64,000 nt of DNA from an uncultured delta proteobacterium (GTDB lineage: Bacteria > Desulfobacterota > Binatia > UBA9968), in the NCBI GenBank assembly GCA_963804165.1, contig CAWDPO010000003.1, positions 1 through 64,000 of the forward strand, given 5' to 3'. Both the position numbers and the translations under genes were made by a program. The notes beneath the pieces were generated by a model that saw nothing but the letters and a program-made list of their open reading frames with translations, was not told the DNA's origin and made no database searches. Of the stretch, positions 52,552-62,403 are shown piece by piece (positions within the stretch are counted from its first letter, which is position 1; the number at the start of each line of letters is the position of its first letter).

Positions 52552-53496
52552 TTATTTCTTTTGTGTGCGCGCGAGAGCCTGCAAGAACTCGCGTGCGAAC
52601 TCGGCGGGTTGAGTCAGAAAACCGACGTGACCGCCGGGCAGCTCGATTAATTCCCGACCGAGCTTCTTTCCCAGTTCCACGTTTACTTCATAGGTTGGAT
52701 GGCCGCGCGATTCCCGCCCGGCTATCAGCATGATCCGATCGGCATGCGCTTTGAGCGCGTCAATGTCGAGGCCGACTGCCGGATACTGGCGCAGCTCGTG
52801 CTCAAACCAGTAGGTGGCATTGGCAAGAATATATTCGCTGTTCTTGGGGTCCGTCGCACGGGCCATGAGCTGCCGGTCTGACTCCGCGAATGTTTGCTCG
52901 CGGAACTTCTTCAGCGCCGGCTCTATCCCGGATTGGCGATAGAGGCTGTAAACATCAAGGAAGAAGTCGATCCACTTCTGTCCATCGGTCAATAGCCTCA
53001 TCGCCGGCGGCTCGTGCGGAACGAGCGTGCGAACCACGGAAGGGTGGCGAATGAGGACTTCCAAGGCAACGATGGCTCCGGAGCTGCCGCCGAAGACGAT
53101 CGCGGGCTCGTCGCTCAAGTGCTCGATCAAACGCCGCACATCATCGGCATCAGTCGCGAGCCGACGATCGTAGTCCTGCGGCCCATCGAGTCGGCTCCGG
53201 GAAAAGCCGCGTCGATCGTAGATGACAACGGTGTAGTGCGCGGCCAGATGCTCCGTCACGCGTTTGAAGCTGTCGGCCGTGCCACTAGCCCCCGGAACCA
53301 TCAGCATGACCGGGCCGCTGCCGTGGGTCTCATAATAGAGACGAGCGCCAGGAACTTGGAGAATACTCGTTTGGATCTTGTGCTGCGGATAAGTCCGAGT
53401 GATCGCGCCGCACCGCGCGGCCAGCGGCAGAACGGCCATCGCGGCAAGCCCGCGGCAGAATGAGCGTCGTGTAAAGAATAATGGCTGCGTCGTCAC
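52552..53496 (-). CDS. Alpha/beta hydrolase with Tat-like leader
   Basis: TRRSFC leader, YDRRGFSRS, GGSSG nucleophile elbow and PGGHVG. Confidence 0.87.
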   Translation of the reverse strand: MTTQPLFFTRRSFCRGLAAMAVLPLAARCGAITRTYPQHKIQTSILQVPGARLYYETHGSGPVMLMVPGASGTADSFKRVTEHLAAHYTVVIYDRRGFSRSRLDGPQDYDRRLATDADDVRRLIEHLSDEPAIVFGGSSGAIVALEVLIRHPSVVRTLVPHEPPAMRLLTDGQKWIDFFLDVYSLYRQSGIEPALKKFREQTFAESDRQLMARATDPKNSEYILANATYWFEHELRQYPAVGLDIDALKAHADRIMLIAGRESRGHPTYEVNVELGKKLGRELIELPGGHVGFLTQPAEFAREFLQALARTQKK

Positions 53497-53525
53497 GCTT
53501 CTCTCTCCTATTTGGGATAATCGAG

Positions 53526-54066
53526 TTAGTGGGGCGGCGCCGCAGGGATCGGATGCGATTCTTTGCGCCGCTCGTGCTGCTTACGGGTTCCGTACCAAGT
53601 CATGCCCCACGGCTTGTACACCGACAGCGTCGTGGTCACGAGCAACACCAGCAGGCCAACCCCGGCGTGGAGGAGTTCGCCCCGCAGGCCGCCGAGATTG
53701 GCACTGTCCGTCTCTGCCGCTATGCCAGCAAAGTAGCTCACCGTCGGCATGTGCAGCAGCAAGATGATGGTGGCAAAGATGGTGATCAGGAGTTTCACCA
53801 GGACCCAATAGTGCCGGAACAAGCCCCACGGCGTGCCCAGTGACAGGATAAGTCCGGTAAGCAGTGAGGCGAGGCTCAACGGGACGATGACGAACCAGCC
53901 GATCAACTCCATCGCGATCCAGGCGGCACGCACCATCTGAGCATCCTGGCTGGTCAGAGCGGCGACGGCGAGAGCTAGGTAAGGCAACGACCGCGCCGAG
54001 CCAGCCGACCGAGGAAGTGACATGCGCGGTGAGCACGAACTTGCGGAGGCCGGGTGTCATGGTCAT
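53526..54066 (-). CDS. DUF2269-like membrane protein (frameshift near 53985)
   Basis: LRKFVLTAHVTSSVGWLG joined to ...GTPWGLFRHYWVLVK...LSVYKPWGMT. Confidence 0.7.
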
Positions 54067-54072
54067 GGCTGC

Positions 54073-54261
54073 TTACACGCCGTGTTCTATGGGTAGTGTG
54101 AGGCCACCTAGGCCGAGTATGGCCACCAAATGCCGATAGGCCCGATGAGGTGCAGAATGACAAACAGCAGGATCAGGACGATGAACGATGATCCCAAATA
54201 CTTTCACCCAGCGTGGTGTGCTGGGGGTCGATCCGCGGTCGGGCACGTGGGTTTGTGACAT
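54073..54261 (-). CDS. Small membrane protein (probably frameshifted)
   Basis: STPRWVKVFGIIV followed by a hydrophobic stretch in the adjacent frame; RBS GGAGA. Confidence 0.5.
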   Translation of the reverse strand: MSQTHVPDRGSTPSTPRWVKVFGIIVHRPDPAVCHSAPHRAYRHLVAILGLGGLTLPIEHGV

Positions 54262-54316
54262 GGTTGTTTCTCCCAGGATAATTTGACAGGTTCCACGCAG
54301 AGACTACGGCGTTTCG

Positions 54317-54382
54317 CAAATGAACATCAATAATCAAAGCGCGGGATTTGTTCATTTGTGAACAGTGTGAGCGAATTGTTCA
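54317..54382. promoter_or_regulatory. Putative TetR operator array (TGAACA/TGTTCA half-sites)
   Basis: Perfect 10-bp inverted repeat CAAATGAACA (54317) / TGTTCATTTG (54349), plus TGAACA (54359) and TGTTCA (54377), in the divergent intergenic region. Confidence 0.6.
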
Positions 54383-54426
54383 GAAACCTCACTCTCGACA
54401 CTCCGCTCAACTGACGAGGATGGTTC

Positions 54427-55020
54427 ATGACGAAGACTGACCGCGGGTACAGCGTACGCGCGAACTGCTGGAAAGGCGCTGATCGAACTGATCGGCGAGC
54501 GTGGATATGATGCGATCACGATTCAGGACATCGTGGATCGCGCCAACGTCGGGCGGACCACCTTCTATCTGCACTACAGCGGCAAAGAGAATTATTCATG
54601 AGCTGCCACGCAGGCATCGTCAGCAAGTTCCATTTCGGCCGACTCCACCCCCTCTCCCGAGAAGAACTGCTGTCGCCTGAAGCGCCACCGGGGATGATAG
54701 CGGCATACCGGCATCTTCAAGATGCGCGGGCGCTCTTGTATCCGATTTTTCAGGGCAAGGATAGTCTGCTGATCCTGCGGCGAATCCGTGACTGGAGCGC
54801 ACAGGAAATCAAAGCCAGCCTGCGTGCCGCCTTTGCCGAAGGCGACAGCACGATCCCGTTCGACGTGCTGGCGAACTATCTGGCGGGGGCGCAGATCGCG
54901 CTGGTGCAATGGTGGCTGGAGAAGCGCCAACCCCACACACCCGAAAACCTAGCGCAGACGTTCCACCGCTTGCAGCGCGCGGCCATCCGCGATGCGTTTC
55001 GGCTAAGAGATGGTGAGTAG
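54427..55020 (+). CDS. TetR/AcrR family regulator (several frameshifts in the 5' part)
   Basis: KALIELIGERGYDAITIQDIVDRANVGRTTFYLHY HTH, continuing into ORF 54598-55020. Confidence 0.85.
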
Positions 55021-55135
55021 GCACGTTTGACGCCGTGTTTTGCAATGCCGTCATAATGCATCTGGACTTGAGCATTGGTTTGGGCTGATGATCAGTGCAA
55101 ACATGACATCTGGACCAGCAATTCAGGAGTGAGCT

Positions 55136-55200
55136 TTGAAACAACGGGCGGATGGAGCGATTCAATGGCTCCTCGAAGGCGACCCTGCCGTTCGGTTGTG
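55136..55200 (+). pseudogene. Truncated 5' gene fragment (…AIQWLLEGDPAVR)
   Basis: RBS AGGAG followed by a short frame matching the WLL.GDPA.RW start of a conserved hypothetical family; stops immediately. Confidence 0.35.
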
Positions 55201-55355
55201 ACTTCGGTTTGTCCGCTGCTAACCGCCACGCGCGACGCGGATCAAATGAGCGGTCGATGGATTGCGGTGATTGAGGACTGCGAAGAGTCGCAATTGTATT
55301 TTGTGTCGTGGTAACGAAACAGTTCTACAGGCATTCAAATGAGGGAGGTACAGCG

Positions 55356-56244
55356 ATGAAACGGGACCTGGTTGGCTATGGCAAGAACCCACCCCGAGTG
55401 GAATGGCCCGGCGGCTCTCAAATTGCCGTCTCACTGGTCGTCAACTACGAGGAGGGTTCCGAGCTCACGCCTGTGTACGGAGATAAAAGACACGAGACCA
55501 ACGGAGAAATACCCTCGCGCAAGCCGCCCGAAGCGCGCAGTCTGCAGACGGAAACCCAGTGGGAATACGGTGGGCGAGCCGGCGTTTGGCGACTGTTGCG
55601 CCTGCTCGAGGAGTACCAAGTCAAAGCGACCTTCTTTGCGTGTGGCATGGCATTGGAGCAAAACCCGCCCGCTCGGCCGTGAGATTGCTGCTCGTGGCCA
55701 CGATGTTTGCGGACACGGGTTGCGTTGGGCGGAGCAATGGCATCTTGACCGCGCCAGCGAAAAGGAAAGCATTCACCAAGCCGCGACATTGATCGAGAAG
55801 ATGACAGGCCGCAGGCCGCTGGGCTGGTTTACGAAGTCCGGGCCCAGCCTCAACACGCGCGAGATTTTGGCGGAGGAAGGCTTTCTGTATGATTGCGACG
55901 GTATCAACGACGATCTGCCCTACTACACGGAGGTGAAAGGGAAACCTTGGCTGGTGGTTCCCTATGCTTTCGACAGCAACGACGGCAAATACTGGCGCGG
56001 CGGTTGGAGCAACGGCGAGCAATTTTTCAGCTACTTAAAGGATAGCTTCGATATGCTCTACAAGGAAGGCGCCACTCATCCCAAGATGTTGTCGATCGGC
56101 TTGCACTCGCGCGTGTCCGGGCGTCCAGGGCGAGCGATGGCTGTGGCGCGATTCATCGAGTATGCGAAAGGCTTTCCCAAGGTCTGGTTCGCCGGCCGCG
56201 ATGAGATCGCCCGCTGGTGGCTGGAACGATGTCCGCGGGCTTAA
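55356..56244 (+). CDS. PuuE-type allantoinase / polysaccharide deacetylase family (frameshift near 55670)
   Basis: MKRDLVGYG...WPGG...VVNYEEG, EYGGRAGVWRL, GHGLRW, DDLPY and MLSIGLHSRVSGRPGR. Confidence 0.85.
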
Positions 56245-56287
56245 AAAAGGTCGCATCGCGGGAGAAACTAAGGAAAGGGAAATAAGC

Positions 56288-57061
56288 ATGCGGATCATGT
56301 TTCTCACTCATCTGCCGGAGAACCCCAAGGCGAAAGAAAGATATGCCAAGATCCAGGCCCAACTCAACGGTTACGCCTCCGCGGGCACTCAAGTCGAGTT
56401 GTGCTTTCCGGACGATTATCCGGGGGCGAAGCTTTCCGTGAGTCTCAGCGCGCGCAACGAGGTGCCGGGAATTTATCACGTGCTGCAAACGCCGGCGATT
56501 ATCCGAAAAATCGTTTGGGCCGAGAAGAACGGTTACGATGCCGTGGTTCAGAGCAATACATTTGACCCTGGTGTGGAGGCGGCTCGTCAGGCGGTGCGCA
56601 TTCCGGTCATCGGCGTGTTTCGCACGGCGCTTCACGCGGCTTCCATTCTTTCCAACTCGATCGCGATCATCGCGCCCCTCGAGGAGCACATCGCCTACGC
56701 ATGGCAGATCGTTCACGCCTACGGGATGCAGGGCTTTGTCAAAGACATCAGCGCGATCGGCCTCTACGACGAAACTGCGGAGAAGCGAATCGACGAGATC
56801 TTTGCGCGCGCCGTTGAAATCATGCGCGCCACCATCAAGAAGACCGGCGCAGGCTGCATCATTCCTCTTGGCGGCGCGGTTGTTCCAACCCTTGTCTCTC
56901 CGAAGGATTTAGAACGGGAAGTGGGCGTGCCGGTCCTGAACACAAAAGCGATCGGCATTCGATTTGCCGAGATGTGCGTTCAGCTGGGCATGACCCAAAG
57001 CGCTGTGAATTATCCGCTCGCGCAACTTCGTTACGAAGATTTCACAGCGTTCGCCAAGTAA
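56288..57061 (+). CDS. Asp/Glu/hydantoin racemase family protein
   Basis: GYDAVV..TFDPGVEAARQAVRIPVIG and VGVPVLN; canonical Cys residues absent. Confidence 0.82.
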   Translation: MRIMFLTHLPENPKAKERYAKIQAQLNGYASAGTQVELCFPDDYPGAKLSVSLSARNEVPGIYHVLQTPAIIRKIVWAEKNGYDAVVQSNTFDPGVEAARQAVRIPVIGVFRTALHAASILSNSIAIIAPLEEHIAYAWQIVHAYGMQGFVKDISAIGLYDETAEKRIDEIFARAVEIMRATIKKTGAGCIIPLGGAVVPTLVSPKDLEREVGVPVLNTKAIGIRFAEMCVQLGMTQSAVNYPLAQLRYEDFTAFAK

Positions 57062-57079
57062 AAGCCCTGTCTAACAGGG

Positions 57080-57153
57080 TGTTCAAAGTTCAAGGTTCCA
57101 AGTTCAACGTTTCATTCGATCGTACCTTGAACATTGAACTTTGAACCTTGAAC
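57080..57153. repeat. Palindrome of 7-bp units (same family as 20144-20228)
   Basis: GTTCAAAGTTCAAGGTTCCAAGTTCAACG ... CCTTGAACATTGAACTTTGAACCTTGAAC; lies between convergent genes. Confidence 0.8.
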
Positions 57154-57209
57154 TGCACTCGCTTCGAACGGGTGCTAATCGTTGTGTGCCGGCGACCCGT
57201 CACACCCAT

Positions 57210-58610
57210 CTACGTTAGCGCCGGGCGCTGGTAGCGCCACGGCGTTGCTTGCTCGTAGGTGTGCGATATGCGCAGGATCGTTGCTTCATCGAAAGGCTTG
57301 CCGACGACTTGCATGGCGAGCGGCAAACCCATCTGATCAAATCCGATGCAGATGGAAATAGCAGGATTGCCGGTCACGTTGAAGACTGCGGTCAGGTTTG
57401 GCCGCTGAAAAAAATGGGTCGATTTGTCCTCGCTCATTTTCGGCGCCGGACCATAGGTGCAAAGCGTCACCATGGCGTCGTAGTTGGCGAATAGGGTCTG
57501 CATCTCGGCGACGAGTTTGGCGCGCTGACGCTGCGCCTGGATGTAATCCACCGCGCGGATCAGGCCGCCCGGGAGAGCGCGAAAGCGCAAGTTAGCGCCG
57601 TAATCTTCATATCTTTCGATCAAGTCTTTTTCGTGGACGGCAAAGAATTCCGCCTCGGCGATAATCACTTTACAGTCGTCGTACTCCTCCAGTTCTCGGA
57701 GTTTCACGTCCTCGAACACCGCGCCGAGTTTCGTGAGTTCTTGCAACGCGGCTTCGAATGCGCGCCGCGTTTCGTCTTCGGGAGGTAGATGCGGTTCATA
57801 GAAGTGACGGATAACACCGATGCGCACTCCGCGAATTCCATCGTTCAACGCCGTGGTGTAGTCGGGCACTGGAAGATTGGCGCTGCCGGGATCGTTCGGG
57901 TCATAGCCGGCAATCGCCTGAAGCATGATCGCGCAGTCCTCCGCAGTCCAAGCCATCGGCCCGCAGTGATCGAGGGAGAAAGAATAAGGGATGACGCCTC
58001 TTCGGCTGACCCTTCCATAGGTCGGCATGAGCCCGGCGATGCCGCAGAAGGAAGCCGGGTTGCGAATCGATCCGCCGGTGTCTGTTCCCAATGCGCCCAT
58101 CACCAGCCCTGCAGCCACCGCTGCCCCCGAGCCCGTGCTCGAGCCGCCCGTGAATCCATGCTCGGGATTCCATGGGTTTCGTACGGCCGGCCAAGCCTGG
58201 TCGGTAGAGGGACTGCCATGGGCAAACTCCAGGCAACCAAGCTTACCCAATAGGACGCAGCCGGCTTCTTTGAGGCGGCTGAAGACCGTCGCGTCTTCGG
58301 CTGGAATATGATCGATGAGAACCTTGGAATGGGCCGTAGTGCGTATGCCGGCAGTTTCGATCAGATCTTTCAGACCGATCGGTATGCCATGCATCGGACC
58401 CCGATAGCGACCGGCGGCAATTTCCGTTTCGGCCGCCTTGGCTTGGCGCAGTGCTTCTTCGCGAGTCACCAAAATGAAACTATGAATACGAGAGTCGATG
58501 GCCTCTATGCGGTGCAGGAAAGCGTTGGTCAATTCCACCGGCGACAATCGTTGGGATTTCAACAGCAGCCCGGCTTCGGCGATGGATAGATAGCAGAGTT
58601 CACCAGACAT
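57210..58610 (-). CDS. Amidase signature family enzyme (GatA/AtzE-like)
   Basis: GIPIGLKD, GGSSTGSGAAV and GTDTGGSIRNPA (Ser-cisSer-Lys triad). Confidence 0.93.
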   Translation of the reverse strand: MSGELCYLSIAEAGLLLKSQRLSPVELTNAFLHRIEAIDSRIHSFILVTREEALRQAKAAETEIAAGRYRGPMHGIPIGLKDLIETAGIRTTAHSKVLIDHIPAEDATVFSRLKEAGCVLLGKLGCLEFAHGSPSTDQAWPAVRNPWNPEHGFTGGSSTGSGAAVAAGLVMGALGTDTGGSIRNPASFCGIAGLMPTYGRVSRRGVIPYSFSLDHCGPMAWTAEDCAIMLQAIAGYDPNDPGSANLPVPDYTTALNDGIRGVRIGVIRHFYEPHLPPEDETRRAFEAALQELTKLGAVFEDVKLRELEEYDDCKVIIAEAEFFAVHEKDLIERYEDYGANLRFRALPGGLIRAVDYIQAQRQRAKLVAEMQTLFANYDAMVTLCTYGPAPKMSEDKSTHFFQRPNLTAVFNVTGNPAISICIGFDQMGLPLAMQVVGKPFDEATILRISHTYEQATPWRYQRPALT

Positions 58611-58619
58611 GGTGAGATT

Positions 58620-58811
58620 CTACCTCCGAATAAAAGCACTCGCCGGTTCGTCGGCGCGCTTGAGATCCTTGCGCAGCCGGCCTGCCGCCGCCTCAAGTCT
58701 TGCGACCACGGCACAACACACCTCCAACTGCTCAGCCGGGAGCGTAAAACCGGCGCGCTTGAGCATCAGGGCGACGTCCTGTTCCGTTGGTTGATGAGTT
58801 TTATCTGCCAT
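58620..58811 (-). CDS. Small amidase partner protein (AtzG/GatC-like)
   Basis: 63 aa directly upstream of the amidase; RBS AAGGAGA; ends with the EPA..F motif. Confidence 0.6.
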   Translation of the reverse strand: MADKTHQPTEQDVALMLKRAGFTLPAEQLEVCCAVVARLEAAAGRLRKDLKRADEPASAFIRR

Positions 58812-58860
58812 GGTTCATCTCCTTCGGACCTGTGGCCAATTGCGGGGGCATAAAGAAAAA

Positions 58861-58928
58861 GGTTCTTTACTTTGCTTAGAATGACACTTGAGGTTGCGTT
58901 GTCATCCTGAACGAAGTGAAGGATCTCG
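58861..58928. repeat. REP-like halves (AGAATGACA / TGTCATCCTGAACGAAGTGAAGGATCTC)
   Basis: Same family as 37436 and 49474, arranged back-to-back. Confidence 0.6.
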
Positions 58929-58992
58929 TTTAAGTGAATCATCACAGTTCTTGTTACCGGTCCCTGTTGCTAGCGAAATCATTTCAGCAGGT

Positions 58993-60387
58993 TCAACGTA
59001 AAGCGGATAGGCCACAGTCGAAGCCATCGGGTTTCAGATCGGGATGATCTTTGAAGTAACGGATCCAGATTTCCCGGCTCACGCGATCCGCTTCACGAAT
59101 GACCTCTTCTTCGTCCATCGAGAGCACTGTGCCATCCCGCAGCAGCCAGCGTCCGTCGACCATCACGGATTCCACGTCGCGGGCCTGCCCTTGGTAGACG
59201 AAAACGGCGACGGGACGTAATGTCGGGACCAGATGAGCGTGTTTAGTACTGACGACGATGAAGTCGGCCTTGCTCCCGACTTGCAGGATTCCACAGCCCT
59301 TTAAGTTCAAGGCACGGTAGCCGTTAACCGTACCCCAGAGCATTGCTTCCTCGGGCCTCGGGCGCTCACTCTCGTTCAGACGCAACCGCTCGATCAACAC
59401 CGCGCTGCGCAGTACCTGCACCATGTCCTCGGTGAATTCGTCTGTGCCCAGAGCGATCCTGCAACCGGCGGCCTCCAAGTCTGTAATCCGCGGAGTGTTG
59501 CCCGAACGTGCTGCGACCACCGGATTGAAGCTGACTGAAGCTTTCGAAACCCCAAGAATCTTTTCTTCTTCCGGCGTCATGCAACGGCAATGAGCCGCAA
59601 CCAGCCGCTCATGGAGAAATCCATGGCGGGCCAAATATTCGGTGGGTAGCATTCCGTAGCTGCTCTTGATCACTTCGACTTCGCCCCAATATTGATTCAG
59701 GTGGATGGTGGCGATGGTGTCGAGTTTTTCCTGCAAGTCGCGCAGCCCGCGCAAAAGCTCAGAAGAAACCATGTCCGGAGCGTGAGCGGCAACCGCGACC
59801 GTGACGCGGCCGTTTTCCGCGCCGTGCCACTTGGCGTGAAGATCAGCGATTCGCTGTAGGCCCTTGTCGGCGAGTTTCGGATCGGCTTCGAAGACGCCCG
59901 GCTCGCCGACCCGAGCTCCTTTGGCGCGGTCCGATACTTGTTCAGCCAAGACAAGGCGGAGTCCGGTCGAGACGATGGCTTCGGCGTAGTCCTCAATGTT
60001 GTTTGTGATATCCATGGCGGCAGTGGTGCCGCTGCGCAGAGCTTCGAGCGCCGCAAGGCGGGCCATGGCGGCGCGCTGGTCCGGTCTCAGCGATGGAAAT
60101 GGAACCCGGCCTTTGCGAGTAAACGGAGGCCGGTTCGGCGCGCTTTGATCTTCGGAGATTCCACGCGCAAGGATTCTAACGAAGTGCGTGTGACAGTTGG
60201 CGAAACCAGGCATGACCAGCTTGCCGCGTCCATCGATGCTCTCTGCATTGGGAAAGCGCGCCATGACTTCGTGGGTCGGGCCCATGGCTGCGATCAAGTC
60301 GTTTTCAATGGCAAGGGCGGCATCGAAGTGAACGGATGGGTCGCGCTCGCCGGTTACGACCGTGGTGTGGTGAATGATAGTGGTCAT
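58993..60387 (-). CDS. Metal-dependent amidohydrolase (SsnA/AtzA/MtaD-like)
   Basis: MPGFANCHTH, TIHLNQ, AAHC, LGTD and GSKADFIVV. Confidence 0.9.
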   Translation of the reverse strand: MTTIIHHTTVVTGERDPSVHFDAALAIENDLIAAMGPTHEVMARFPNAESIDGRGKLVMPGFANCHTHFVRILARGISEDQSAPNRPPFTRKGRVPFPSLRPDQRAAMARLAALEALRSGTTAAMDITNNIEDYAEAIVSTGLRLVLAEQVSDRAKGARVGEPGVFEADPKLADKGLQRIADLHAKWHGAENGRVTVAVAAHAPDMVSSELLRGLRDLQEKLDTIATIHLNQYWGEVEVIKSSYGMLPTEYLARHGFLHERLVAAHCRCMTPEEEKILGVSKASVSFNPVVAARSGNTPRITDLEAAGCRIALGTDEFTEDMVQVLRSAVLIERLRLNESERPRPEEAMLWGTVNGYRALNLKGCGILQVGSKADFIVVSTKHAHLVPTLRPVAVFVYQGQARDVESVMVDGRWLLRDGTVLSMDEEEVIREADRVSREIWIRYFKDHPDLKPDGFDCGLSALR

Positions 60388-60396
60388 GGACAGCGA

Positions 60397-61413
60397 TCAG
60401 CGCACGTTGAAGATCTCTTGATACAGTTTTATGACCTCGGAGAAATTTTCATACTCGCCGGGATTTTCGACGATCCGCTTGTATCCCCCGAACAATCGCG
60501 CGGGCTGCGGTTTGACATCTTCACGGACCGGTATGCGGCTCAAGCCAACCAGTTGTTTTTGTCCCTCTTCGGAAAGCACGAAGTCGACGAAGAGTTTGGC
60601 CGCGTTGGGATGCGCAGACTTGGCTCCAAGCAACAGAGGATTGATCTGCGTTGAAACCGGCTCCAGAGGAATCCAGTCGATGGGCGCGCCCTCCGAAGCC
60701 GCCCGCTGAATAATCGGCGCGAAGGAAATAATCAGCGGGAATTCTCCGGCAGCGGCAAGCTGGACTCTGTTGGTGTCGCCGCGCATGACGGATGGCTGCT
60801 GGGCCGCTAGACTTTTGAAATAAGCAACAGCTTTGTCCTTGCCCCAGGCGGTAATAAGGCCGGCAAGCAAGTTATAAGAAGTGTTGTCGACGGAGATTTT
60901 TTGCCCTTTCCATTTAGGATTGAGGAGCTCCTCATAGGTCTTGGGCACCTCGTCTTTTTTGACCCACTTGGTGTTGTATCCCAAAGTGTAAGGATTAACG
61001 TAATACCCGGTCCAGTAGCCGTTCTTGTCGAAAAGATCCGCGGGGATTTTTTTGGTCTCAGGAGAGCGATAAGACGCCAGGAGCTTTCTCTTCATCAAGG
61101 GCAGAAACATATCCCCTCGAGTAAGGAGCACATCCCATAGGTGCCTGCCGGCGCGATCCTCCGTGAAGATTTTGTTGAGCATCGCGTCGCCGCCAGTGCG
61201 AAAGAGATCCACCTCGATGAAAGGATATTTCTTTTGAAAGGCATCCACGACCTGCTTGCTCTGGCTTAAAGTCATCGTCGTCCAATGGACTAGACGCTTT
61301 TCCTTTTTTGCGCCTTCAATCAGCGCCGAATCCAACCCTCCCTGCGGCCAGCCAGCAGCGGGGAACAAGCCTGAAAACAAGATGACCAGAAAGGATCGCG
61401 CCAACGTCTTCAT
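60397..61413 (-). CDS. ABC transporter substrate-binding protein (Fe3+/thiamine/AfuA-like)
   Basis: Signal peptide, GAKKEKRL, PKTYEELLNPKWKG and HPNAAKLFVDFVLSEEGQ. Confidence 0.88.
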   Translation of the reverse strand: MKTLARSFLVILFSGLFPAAGWPQGGLDSALIEGAKKEKRLVHWTTMTLSQSKQVVDAFQKKYPFIEVDLFRTGGDAMLNKIFTEDRAGRHLWDVLLTRGDMFLPLMKRKLLASYRSPETKKIPADLFDKNGYWTGYYVNPYTLGYNTKWVKKDEVPKTYEELLNPKWKGQKISVDNTSYNLLAGLITAWGKDKAVAYFKSLAAQQPSVMRGDTNRVQLAAAGEFPLIISFAPIIQRAASEGAPIDWIPLEPVSTQINPLLLGAKSAHPNAAKLFVDFVLSEEGQKQLVGLSRIPVREDVKPQPARLFGGYKRIVENPGEYENFSEVIKLYQEIFNVR

Positions 61414-61784
61414 CGAGTTTCTCCCGACGTCATTCGGCCCTTGTTTTATACAAATTCAGTCGCCAATTCTGGCTGCCAGTCGCCCGAGCGTTCCACTTAC
61501 GAGCCAGCGGTCGTTAAATCTCCCTATAGTACAGGCGCAGCGCCAAAGCCAAGCTCCGGGGGAGTCCTTTAAATTCTGTCTCTTAGTTTTCCACCAACGC
61601 CGTTTTTTGCGTGCTGAAAACCTTGTCGCGTTCGTTAGACATGCTGAGTCGGATCGAGTACATCGAAGGCGTGAGAGATTTGCAGCCCTTTTAGAAATGC
61701 GCCGGGCGAGCGCAAGCGATTGAGAAAACGAAAACGGGAAACGTTCCCGGCTTTCCGTCTCGGAGCTTCTCCCACATTGCCCAC

Positions 61785-62220
61785 ATGAGTAAAACGAGGT
61801 GGATTGTCTTTGCTGGGTTTGTTGCGACTTTTCTTGTCGCCATATACTGGCACTATTTTAGCCGCGCAAGCATCCCGCATGAGGCCATCCAGCTCCATCT
61901 TAGACTAACGGCTGCCAGTATTTACGAATTTCACAAAGTGACCGGCCGTTGGCCGACGGTGACCGATGATCTTGCCTCGACCTCGCTTCCACAAACCAGC
62001 CCGTACTGGCGGACCTTGATCGATAATGGTTCGGTGGCAATCGTCTGGCACAACGACCTCAAGCCCGATCCCAAAGACAATGCGTCTTTGGTGCTGACGT
62101 ACAACAACGCGGGCTTGTTCTCGAAGTTACGGACGGGTTTGGGTATGCTGGGGCGATTTGCGGACGGAGTACGTGAAGGAAGAGGTGCTGCGCTCGAAGC
62201 TCAAGAGTCAGTCGCGCTAA
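61785..62220 (+). CDS. Hypothetical membrane-anchored protein (frameshift near 62130)
   Basis: N-terminal transmembrane helix; corrected frame ends GRVWVCWGDLRTEYV...QSR* at 62220. Confidence 0.55.
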
Positions 62221-62403
62221 CCGGTGCACCCGTCCCAACTAGACCAAGATCGCACGGGAATAGTAGTGTGTTCAGACAAATCGCTGTTGATCCGCGCGAC
62301 GGCGACGAATACAGTCGGCCGCAGCTGCAAAGACTACGGAGCGTTCGCTCTGCCGCTTTCACCGATGAACTGGCCAAACAATTTTTTTTGACGGAGGGTC
62401 AGC

